NCBI RefSeq assembly: GCF_008000775.2
Contig: NZ_CP042905.2
Coordinates: 1,440,001 to 1,472,000 of the forward strand
Direction: 5' to 3'
Source of the DNA: Promethearchaeum syntrophicum
GTDB lineage: Archaea > Asgardarchaeota > Lokiarchaeia > Sigyniarchaeales > Promethearchaeaceae
Length of the DNA stretch: 32,000 bases
Positions 19,323 to 27,159 of the stretch are shown here, one piece after another. The position numbers and the translations under genes are program-made. The number at the start of each line of letters is the position of its first letter. Position 1 is the first letter of the stretch. The notes beneath the pieces were generated by a model. The model saw only the letters and a list, made by a program, of their open reading frames with translations. It ran no database searches and was not told the DNA's origin.

Positions 19323-19860
19323 TTAATAAAATTTTCCTTTTATGAAACTGAGAAAAAATTTGATTTACATTCACAGCGACAACAAAAACCAGAAATCTTA
19401 GATATAAATTACTTCTAAAGCCATATCGATTATCTTTCATTATCAATTGATTTTTAACTGAAGTAATACACAATCCTCCTGATATTTACTTTGATATACT
19501 ATTTGGAGATTTAATATTAAAAAATAGTATGTGCTCAAAAAGGAAAAATGGGATCTAAAAATGAGGTTATGGGTGTTTACAGGGTACATGATAAGAGTTA
19601 TACACAAAAAAATAAATTAAATTTTGCCAAAAAAAGAATTCTAAATACGGAATTAATTTGCTACTACTTAAAAATGAAGAATATCCTATTATTAAAAAAA
19701 TAATGCTGATAAAAAAATTAGAATATGCACACTAATTCTAAAGGAAAATGGGAATATTAATGAACATAAAACACATATCTCAAATTATTTTTCATCGACG
19801 CTAAAACTAAGAGAATTATGCTATATTTAATATTTATTCATTCGTATGATTATCAGTAAT
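19323..19860 (+). pseudogene. Decayed paralog of the GT2 gene (C-terminal ~55%), with an in-frame stop and frameshifts
   Basis: Manual translation aligns with the GT2 at 17031: YETEKKF...PEILDINYF(TAA)SHIDYLSLSIDF versus YDAEQKF...PEISNINLFLSHNFIPSLSIVF. After a frameshift, NPPDIYFDILFGDLILK versus NLPDIYFKVPFGDYILK. After another frameshift, CAQKGKMGSKNEVMGVYRVHDKSYTQKNKLNF versus CAEKGKIGFINQIMGVYRIHNKGVSQGNKMQF. Confidence 0.6.
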
Positions 19861-19868
19861 TTCATTTA

Positions 19869-20075
19869 AACACACTTTACAAAATTTCGATAAAGATAAA
19901 AAGATATTTTTAAAACTCTGCTTCTTTTGAAAATTTCTTTATCTAAAAAACATTCAAAAATCTTGGGGTAGTTATTTGAATATTATTTGGATTTTAACTG
20001 AGGAATTTGTAATTATGAAGGACCTGGAAATTGTTTTGCAATAACCCCCGTTTTTCTCCCATATCAAAAACTTCT
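19869..20075 (+). repeat. Direct repeat, copy A: degenerate copy of the promoter region and first ~30 codons of the AP-superfamily gene (matches 23456-23646)
   Basis: Manual alignment. The core 19918-20024 matches 23496-23604 with about 13 differences in ~107 nt; identity is lower at the edges. Copy A reads LNIIWILTEEFVIMKDLEIVLQ then a stop, against MNIIWILTDGICNYERPGDSFG in the intact gene. Confidence 0.7.
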
Positions 20076-20308
20076 CTAAAATATTTTTTTTGACTCTCCT
20101 ATGAGTTTTAATAAAATTAAGAATAAAAAAGGAAAGATAATTAAAATTTGGGAAATATTAATATGAATACCTAATAAGTAGATGAATATTTTATCAACTT
20201 ACCTAATTAAAATTTCATGGATTTCTGAATACCAAAAAAAAGTGTTGAAAATCAAATTCTAAAAATTTTTTATAGGTAAATGTACTTTTATAGACAGTAA
20301 GCAATTTA

Positions 20309-21250
20309 GTGAGTTATATGCCGAAACAAAAATATTCAAATCTTGAAGAAATTAAGGAAATTTATCAGAGTGTCAAAAAAATTGGATATAAAAAAACATC
20401 TGAAAAATTTAATGAACATATTTCACTTCTAGAGCGAATTGTAAAACGATATGAAGAAAACATGGATGTAAAAAAGATGAAAGTAATAATTATTGCGGCT
20501 GGAATGGGATCTCGATTGAAAGATATGACCAAATATCTCCCAAAACCATTATTAGAAATCGAAAATGGTAAATCTATTATCGAGCGAGAAATTGAAACAC
20601 TACATGAGGTTGGACTTGATGATATTGTCATTATCCGAGGATATCAGAAAGATAAATTTTCGATTCCTAATGTTACATATTATGAAAATGATGTATACAC
20701 AGAGAATAACATTTTAGAATCACTTTTTTGTGCAGAAGAGGCTATGGAAGATGGTTTTATTTGTACTTATGCTGATAGTGTTTTCTCTAAAGAAATTTTC
20801 CAAAGAATTTTGAATGCACCAGAAGATATTTGTCTCGGTGTAGAGCCAAATTGGAGAAAAAGATATGAAAAACGTAATGAACATCCTACAGATGAAGCAG
20901 AATTAGTGAAAATTGAGGAAGATAAAATTGTTTCGATTTCAAAATTCTGTAATCCTGATGCTTATGGTGGTGAATTTATTGGAGTTGCGAAATTTACCAA
21001 AAAAGGAGCAGAAATCTTACGTAGAAATTATCACCGAGCAAGAGAAAGCAAATCATGTCGATTTGCAGAAGGACAACGATTTCATGACGCGGTTTCTATT
21101 CGGAAAGCCTATATTACTGATATGATTCAAGAACTCATCGAAAGAGGATACCCAATTCATCCAGTAATGGTAAATCATGGTTGGGTTGAAATTGATACTC
21201 AACAAGATTATGAATATGCACAAAATTTAATTAAAAAAGGAGAATTATAA
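20309..21250 (+). CDS. LicC/IPCT-like nucleotidyltransferase (probable CTP:phospho-alcohol or sugar-phosphate cytidylyltransferase) with a ~56-aa N-terminal extension
   Basis: Core begins MKVIIIAAGMGSRLKDMTKYLPKPLLEI (G-x-G-S-R-L...PK) and ends HGWVEIDTQQDYEYAQ (W-x-D/E-I-D-T-x-x-D). The track start is GTG at 20309. Alternatives are ATG 20318 (27 nt after a cttttataga TATA-like box) or ATG 20477 (MKVIII). Confidence 0.8.
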   Translation: MSYMPKQKYSNLEEIKEIYQSVKKIGYKKTSEKFNEHISLLERIVKRYEENMDVKKMKVIIIAAGMGSRLKDMTKYLPKPLLEIENGKSIIEREIETLHEVGLDDIVIIRGYQKDKFSIPNVTYYENDVYTENNILESLFCAEEAMEDGFICTYADSVFSKEIFQRILNAPEDICLGVEPNWRKRYEKRNEHPTDEAELVKIEEDKIVSISKFCNPDAYGGEFIGVAKFTKKGAEILRRNYHRARESKSCRFAEGQRFHDAVSIRKAYITDMIQELIERGYPIHPVMVNHGWVEIDTQQDYEYAQNLIKKGEL

Positions 21251-21251
21251 C

Positions 21252-22562
21252 GTGAGCGAAGATTTAAAAAAAAACATAGACCAAGATATTCCTGGAAAAA
21301 TAAAAAATTGGCGGATCCGTATATTTTTCACAGTCTGGGTTACATATATGATATATTATATTGGACGAGTTAATTTAGGGATTGCTAAACCACTTATGAT
21401 GGCAGAATTTGATATTAGTTCTACGATTTTTGGTGGGATTGGTTCAGCCTTCTTTTATGCCTATGCATTTGGTCAATTTTTCAATGGATTTCTAGGAGAT
21501 AAATTAGGTCCCAGACGAATGGTTACATTGGGAATTATCGTATCTTCTGGGATCAATTTAATAATTGGAGTAGTGGGGCAATTCGTATGGGTTTTAGGAA
21601 TTCTTTGGGGATTAAATGGATTCTTTCAAGCAATGGGTTGGGCACCTTCAGTAAAAACCATAGCAAATTGGTTTCCTCCAAAACAAAGAGGAAAATGGTC
21701 CGGGAGGCTTGGAACTTCATATATGATTGGTGGCGCGTTGGCATGGGTGATTGCTATATTAATTACAGTAACATTTGGATTGACATGGCAATTTGCATTT
21801 ATCATTCCAGGTATTATTATGTTAATTATTGGAATCATTAATTATGTGTCTATTCGGAATGCACCTGAAGAAGTAGGTCTCCCAACAATTGAAGAAGAAA
21901 GCGAAGGAAAGATTGAAATAGGAGATACCAAAGAAGATGAATATTTAGGATTTAAATATACATTAAAAGCAATTTTCTCTAATAAAACAGTGATATTTGC
22001 TGCTTTTGGATTGTTTTGTTTAAATATGGTTCGATATGGAATCACCGAGTGGCTCCCAACCTTATTCTATTTTGATTCTGCCTATGAATTAACATTATGG
22101 AAAACCATCGCTTTTCCGGTTGGAGGCGCAATTGGGGCATTAACTTGCACAATGATCTCAGATAAATTCTTGAAACGACGGAGAATGCCAATAATTTCGA
22201 TTTTATTTGGATTACTTGCAATAACTCTATATATTTATAGTTTACTCCCACCAGTAGATCTAGCAGCTGGAATTCCAATGTTGATGTTGATTGGATTTCT
22301 GACATTTGGACCTCATGTTCTTTTAGTATCAACAATTCCAATGGAATTTGGAACCAGAAAAGCCGCTTCATCTGTAACTGGATTTATAGATGGATTTGGG
22401 TATATTGGAGCAGCAATCTCAACACAAGTTGTGGGGATAATTTTAGATACACCAGACAATATGGATATGGCATATCTATTTTGGATTATAGCTGCCTTGG
22501 CGGGGTGTTTTGTTCTCTTATTCAACTGGAAAAGTGTTCCAAAGAAAAAGGAATACTTTTAA
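21252..22562 (+). CDS. MFS transporter of the organophosphate:phosphate antiporter type (GlpT/UhpC-like)
   Basis: 12-TM profile. The N-terminus RIRIFFTVWVTYMIYYIGRVNLGIAKPLMMAEFDISSTIFGGIGSAFFYAYAFGQFFNGFLGDKLGPRRM matches the GlpT/UhpT opening pattern. GTG start lies 1 nt after the upstream stop, so it is operonic with the cytidylyltransferase. Confidence 0.8.
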   Translation: MSEDLKKNIDQDIPGKIKNWRIRIFFTVWVTYMIYYIGRVNLGIAKPLMMAEFDISSTIFGGIGSAFFYAYAFGQFFNGFLGDKLGPRRMVTLGIIVSSGINLIIGVVGQFVWVLGILWGLNGFFQAMGWAPSVKTIANWFPPKQRGKWSGRLGTSYMIGGALAWVIAILITVTFGLTWQFAFIIPGIIMLIIGIINYVSIRNAPEEVGLPTIEEESEGKIEIGDTKEDEYLGFKYTLKAIFSNKTVIFAAFGLFCLNMVRYGITEWLPTLFYFDSAYELTLWKTIAFPVGGAIGALTCTMISDKFLKRRRMPIISILFGLLAITLYIYSLLPPVDLAAGIPMLMLIGFLTFGPHVLLVSTIPMEFGTRKAASSVTGFIDGFGYIGAAISTQVVGIILDTPDNMDMAYLFWIIAALAGCFVLLFNWKSVPKKKEYF

Positions 22563-22574
22563 GTTCAATTTGAG

Positions 22575-22584
22575 TTTTTTTTTT
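22575..22584 (+). terminator. Oligo-T terminator (T10) 12 nt after the MFS stop codon
   Basis: T10 run at 22575-22584. Confidence 0.55.
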
Positions 22585-22727
22585 CTCTTACTTCTTTGAA
22601 AAATTCTTTCTCTAACTTTTCATCTTATTTCAAGATCGTTTAAATTATTTTTACTTTTATTTGAGAACAAAAATTAAGTAGGAGGTATAATAAAACAGAG
22701 ATATATCATCCAACTCATTGAAATGAT

Positions 22728-23294
22728 GTGAAGAAAATTATCATAAAACAAATCAAAGACCTTTATACCACAAATTGGATAACTTTAAAACAAGCTACAG
22801 TCGTAAATAAAAATGGAAAACAATTTAAGTGGGATTTTATCGCTAGGAAAAATGAACAAAAGATAATTACAATTATTTGCCACTCTTCGATAAGTAATCG
22901 AATCTTAGTTATTAAAGAATTCCGAGTACCTATCAATAAATACGTTATTGAATTTCCCGCAGGATTGATTGAAGAAGGAGAAACAATAGAACAAGCAGCT
23001 ATAAGGGAATTAAAAGAAGAAACTGGATATATAGGAAAAATTTTTCGAGTTTCTCCCTTTCTAACAAAAAGTGCATATTTAACTAGTGAACTATCAGCTT
23101 TTGTTGAAATGGAAGCAAATGAAAATGAAATAGGTCCAACTCAATTGGAAAAAGAAGAAGATATTCATCCAATATGGTTAAAACCTGAAGAATTTGAAAA
23201 TCAATTTTTATATCATCACAATGACGAGTATATTATAGATAGTCTTGTATGGATGGCGTTAACAGCTTTTAAAGTAAATAATTCATATTCTTGA
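22728..23294 (+). CDS. NUDIX hydrolase (ADP-ribose/NDP-X pyrophosphatase type)
   Basis: Nudix box GLIEEGETIEQAAIRELKEETGY (G-x5-E-x7-R-E-x-x-E-E-x-G). 188 aa. GTG is the only possible start, because an in-frame TGA lies two codons upstream. Confidence 0.85.
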   Translation: MKKIIIKQIKDLYTTNWITLKQATVVNKNGKQFKWDFIARKNEQKIITIICHSSISNRILVIKEFRVPINKYVIEFPAGLIEEGETIEQAAIRELKEETGYIGKIFRVSPFLTKSAYLTSELSAFVEMEANENEIGPTQLEKEEDIHPIWLKPEEFENQFLYHHNDEYIIDSLVWMALTAFKVNNSYS

Positions 23295-23455
23295 TTAAAT
23301 CTGGGACGTTTAACATGATTATGATAAAAATAATATGAAATATTCATGAAGAAGATGAAATTCACTTTTAAAAAATGTTCGATTTATTCAAAAACTATAC
23401 AATTTTTTTCAAATTCTAAAATAAGCGAATTTAAAATCGAATTTAATTTTATAAG

Positions 23456-23646
23456 AACACACTTTATTAATTTTCGATGAAGAAACGATGAAATTCTGCT
23501 TTTTTTGAAAATTTTTTTATCTAAAAAAACATTCATTAATCATGGGGAAATTATTTGAATATTATATGGATTTTAACTGATGGAATTTGTAATTATGAGA
23601 GACCAGGAGATAGCTTTGGAATTCTTCCCGCTTATAAAAAACTACG
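23456..23646 (+). repeat. Direct repeat, copy B: the functional promoter region and 5' end of the AP-superfamily gene (matches 19869-20075)
   Basis: See copy A. Includes the shared motif gaaaattt(c/t)tttatctaaaaaa, a candidate BRE/TATA, about 45 nt upstream of the TTG start. Confidence 0.7.
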
Positions 23647-25099
23647 AGAAGAAAATGAAGGGTTCTTTTTTACTAATGCATTAACCTCATTTGGTAGTAC
23701 AATATTTTCTTTGTTTTCAATGTTTACAGGACGCTTTCCTGCTTATGTTTTTCCAGACTATTATACTTCATCAGCATCGTTTTTGCCTGAATTTGAAAAT
23801 GCTCATCATTTAAAAAAGCTTGAAGATAATAATTATTCTATAAATTCAATTTTATTTTGGCAAGAAGGCTATAATATATATCGCAAAATTTTAAATCCAT
23901 ATTATAAGGAAGGTATATTTATCGGAGAGAGAATGATTGAATCTAAAGAGATGTATGAGCTTTTTTTAGAACAAGTAAAAAAATGTGAAACCTCTGATAA
24001 TAATTTTCTTTATGTTCATTTCCGACCTGCAGATTCAAACATGGATACATATGTTCAAAAAACCATTGATTATCTTAAAAAATCAAAATTATGGGATGAA
24101 TCAATTATAATCATAAATTCAGATCATGGTTATTCTGATAATTGGAAATGGTATAAAAGAATGAATCTATTACATTTTGATGATATATCTCAATCTACAT
24201 TAAATGCTATCCTATATATGAAATTTCCAAAGAATATTTCTTCAGTAAAACCAAGAGTAATCGATAAAAGAGTATATTTGATGGATATTGTGGAAACAAT
24301 TTTAGATTATTTAGAAATAAAACCAAATCATGAGAGAGAATCAATTTCATTCAAAAAATTAATCGAGGAAGACATTGATATAAATAAGAATCGGATTGTT
24401 CGCTCGGATTGCTATTTATTGTTTCAACCTATAATAAAAACCGCCATTCTAAAAGGAAAATGGAATTTATATATAGAAACCTATAAAAAGGTTTTATATA
24501 ATTTGGAAGATCGAAAATTGAAATATATTAAGAAAAAAGGGGGATTTTTGAAAATTCCTAAGCGAATTGATTACAAGGATGAATATCCTGAAGTTTTTAA
24601 TGAATTAAATAATAAATATTTAGAAACAGAAAAAAAGGCCTACAATATTGCTTCGAAATATGTGGAGTTTTATTTTAAACAAAGTGAATTAAGTAAGTTA
24701 AAGAATAAACTAGTTTTTATTCCTCCTCAATTTCCTCCGACATTAGTTTCAATGTTAAAGGAAAATTTATCAAGTAATAACAAAATTCTATCTTCTCATG
24801 AACTTTTACAAGAAAAAAGTAAGGAGGAGATTGAAATAATTCTTATTTATAATCGATTGACTGGCTATGGTTTAAAAAAATTAATTAGGAAATACAAGAA
24901 ATTCTCAAAAAATTTTATAATTATTGATACACATCTGAAAAATGCAGAAAATAAATTAAACCAATTAGGTTATTGGAATTATGTAAAAAGAACTTATAAG
25001 GCAAGGGATAGACAAATATTTCAAAGATGGAGAGAGGTACTTACTTTTATATTTTATTTCCCTGCTTATTTGAATAAAAGTATTAAAAAATATTACTAG
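23555..25099 (+). CDS. Soluble alkaline-phosphatase-superfamily (sulfatase-fold) enzyme with Thr at the nucleophile position, plus an unrecognised ~200-aa C-terminal region
   Basis: NIIWILTDG... (metal-binding Asp), FTNALTSFGSTIFSLFSMFTGRFP, and IIIINSDHGYS (SDHG). Hand alignment to the sulfatase C-x-P-S-R-x-x-x-L-T-G-R places a Thr where fGly-Cys would be, as in LtaS/EptA-type phosphotransferases. No TM segment at the N-terminus. TTG start per the track. Confidence 0.65.
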   Translation: MNIIWILTDGICNYERPGDSFGILPAYKKLREENEGFFFTNALTSFGSTIFSLFSMFTGRFPAYVFPDYYTSSASFLPEFENAHHLKKLEDNNYSINSILFWQEGYNIYRKILNPYYKEGIFIGERMIESKEMYELFLEQVKKCETSDNNFLYVHFRPADSNMDTYVQKTIDYLKKSKLWDESIIIINSDHGYSDNWKWYKRMNLLHFDDISQSTLNAILYMKFPKNISSVKPRVIDKRVYLMDIVETILDYLEIKPNHERESISFKKLIEEDIDINKNRIVRSDCYLLFQPIIKTAILKGKWNLYIETYKKVLYNLEDRKLKYIKKKGGFLKIPKRIDYKDEYPEVFNELNNKYLETEKKAYNIASKYVEFYFKQSELSKLKNKLVFIPPQFPPTLVSMLKENLSSNNKILSSHELLQEKSKEEIEIILIYNRLTGYGLKKLIRKYKKFSKNFIIIDTHLKNAENKLNQLGYWNYVKRTYKARDRQIFQRWREVLTFIFYFPAYLNKSIKKYY

Positions 25100-26235
25100 G
25101 TGGACATTTCTCTCATTATTTTTGAATATATCTTCAAATGGTTCTCGGCAATAGATCTACAAGTAAATTTCCGTTTTATTAGTTTAATTGAATTTTGAAC
25201 ATACTTTTTTTGAATTATTTCATTTTCTAGTAAATAACATATGATTTCAGCTGGCAAAATGATTTCCCCTGGACTAAACAATCGACCATTTTCTTTATCA
25301 ATTATTAATTCAGGAATACCTCCTATGTTAGTCGAGACAACTACTGCTTCATATGCCATTGCCTCCAATATAACAGTAGGTAATCCCTCAACCCAGGAAT
25401 TCATAACAAATAGTTTTGTTTTACAATAAAAATCTTGGATTTTCTCGTTTGAAACTTTTTTAATATAATGAATATTCAATTTTGTTTTATATTGATCTAT
25501 TAAAAATTGAAGTGGACCTTCACCAATTATTAAAATTGGAATTTTTGGATATTTTGTATTAACAACATCCATTATTTTAATAAAATCATCAAAACCTTTT
25601 CGTGAACTCAACCTACCAATATAAGTTATATATTTTCTTGTGAAATTAGGTAATTTTGATTTTAACGAAATGCAATTTGGAATCCAGTAGTTATTTTTTT
25701 TCCTTGAACAAAAAAGTTCCTTGTTTATATTCATTAAATCAATTTTTGAAACTGAAATTACTGCATCTGCAAACCCAACAATCATTTTGCCTAATAAATT
25801 ATAGTAAATTCTAATTAAATACATCTTTAGGGTTTGTAATATAGATTGATTTTTTATAATGGGATTTTTCAAGTTTCCATGAATTGTCATAATGGCTGGT
25901 TTTCTGAATATTTTTGCATATAATAAAGCTTGTAATCCAGAAATTGTTACGAATGAATGAATATGTAAAATATCATAATTTTTACCAATTTTAATTAGAG
26001 TTTTAAAAGTATTAAAAATCTCAAAGTTTACTCCACCAAAAGCAAATATGAATTTTTGGAAAATGCATTTAATTCCAGATATCGTTCTCACCGATTCTGA
26101 AGGATATTTTGGGTCACCCGTTAGGATATCACATACTAACTCTTTTTCTTTCAAGGATTTTGTCAATTTTTTTACAAATATCTCGACTCCTGCGGGAAAA
26201 TCAGGGGGACGAGGTGAGATTTGAAGAATTTTCAT
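25096..26235 (-). CDS. Family 4 (GT-B fold, GT1-type) glycosyltransferase
   Basis: C-terminal E-x7-E region NSWVEGLPTVILEAMAYEAVVVSTNIGGIPELI. 379 aa. Confidence 0.9.
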   Translation of the reverse strand: MKILQISPRPPDFPAGVEIFVKKLTKSLKEKELVCDILTGDPKYPSESVRTISGIKCIFQKFIFAFGGVNFEIFNTFKTLIKIGKNYDILHIHSFVTISGLQALLYAKIFRKPAIMTIHGNLKNPIIKNQSILQTLKMYLIRIYYNLLGKMIVGFADAVISVSKIDLMNINKELFCSRKKNNYWIPNCISLKSKLPNFTRKYITYIGRLSSRKGFDDFIKIMDVVNTKYPKIPILIIGEGPLQFLIDQYKTKLNIHYIKKVSNEKIQDFYCKTKLFVMNSWVEGLPTVILEAMAYEAVVVSTNIGGIPELIIDKENGRLFSPGEIILPAEIICYLLENEIIQKKYVQNSIKLIKRKFTCRSIAENHLKIYSKIMREMST

Positions 26236-26292
26236 TGAATTTACACGATTTAATATTTATTAATATTTAAAATTCTAATCTATAATTTTTAA

Positions 26293-27036
26293 TCAACATT
26301 TCCTAAATTCAAATAAAACTTCATCATCATCCTTAATTGGGAAATATTCTCGGAGACATTTTTCTGCAATAAATTCACACACATAAGGCTTATGAGAAGT
26401 TCTCTGGATCAAAAGTAAAGCTCCCGGGATTTTATCATCGGGTTTGTGTTCGGACCAAATTGACACAAAATAACAAACCACATCACCATATGTTCTTGAA
26501 CCATTTTCAAAACCTTGAATAATTGTTTTTTTGAAATTCTTTAATTGTTTATTGAGAAAATCAAAACTTTCTGGATTAATTTGAACGTTTAAAGTTCCAA
26601 AATAAGGTTCAAAACCTAATTTATTTTTAAATTGTTTGAAATAATTCTTATTTTGAATATAATGTGCCCCTTCTCCCATTCCCGTTTTTAATTTTCCATG
26701 GAATTGCTCTACGCAAGATTTACTTGAAAAAACATGTTGGAGATTTTGAAAAACTTTCTCTAAAAGAATATATGCTTTTGATGTAAGCTCTAAATCTCCT
26801 CCCCGACTTCCTTGTTTCCTATTAATATAGCCTTTTTCTTCGAGTTCTAAAATACGACGTGAAATAGTCTGTTGACTTATTGGGATCTTATTACAAAGTT
26901 CTGGCGTAGAAATCTTATCATTATTGAGCAGTTTATAATATGCTATCCAATATAGAAAGAACCATTCTTTCTCTCCTATGAAATCTGGGGCTACTGCATG
27001 GATTTCATCCAAACTTTTGGATTTTTTTATTATCAT
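26293..27036 (-). CDS. ribK: Winged-HTH DNA-binding domain fused to an archaeal CTP-dependent riboflavin kinase (RbkR-like bifunctional regulator/kinase)
   Basis: N-terminal wHTH: ISQQTISRRILELEEKGYINR. C-terminal GKLKTGMGEGAHYIQNKNYFKQFKNKLGFEPYFGTLNVQI matches the archaeal RibK (MJ0056-type) G-x-GEG...LGFEPY-x-GTLN signature. Confidence 0.85.
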   Translation of the reverse strand: MIIKKSKSLDEIHAVAPDFIGEKEWFFLYWIAYYKLLNNDKISTPELCNKIPISQQTISRRILELEEKGYINRKQGSRGGDLELTSKAYILLEKVFQNLQHVFSSKSCVEQFHGKLKTGMGEGAHYIQNKNYFKQFKNKLGFEPYFGTLNVQINPESFDFLNKQLKNFKKTIIQGFENGSRTYGDVVCYFVSIWSEHKPDDKIPGALLLIQRTSHKPYVCEFIAEKCLREYFPIKDDDEVLFEFRKC

Positions 27037-27159
27037 ATATCACAGAATTAAAACATTTCATTACAGAAAAAACTACCCATTTTTGAGTAAGAGCGATAAT
27101 TTAAATTACGATGAAATGCCTTATTAATTACTAAAAATTCACGACCATAGGGAGATCAG

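Noticed and set aside
27054-27118. 8-bp inverted repeat catttcat/atgaaatg in the ribK-radical SAM intergenic region, as an operator
   Set aside because: The two arms are 57 bp apart, and an 8-mer match is plausible by chance in sequence this AT-rich. It is mentioned only as a lead under the relevant finding.
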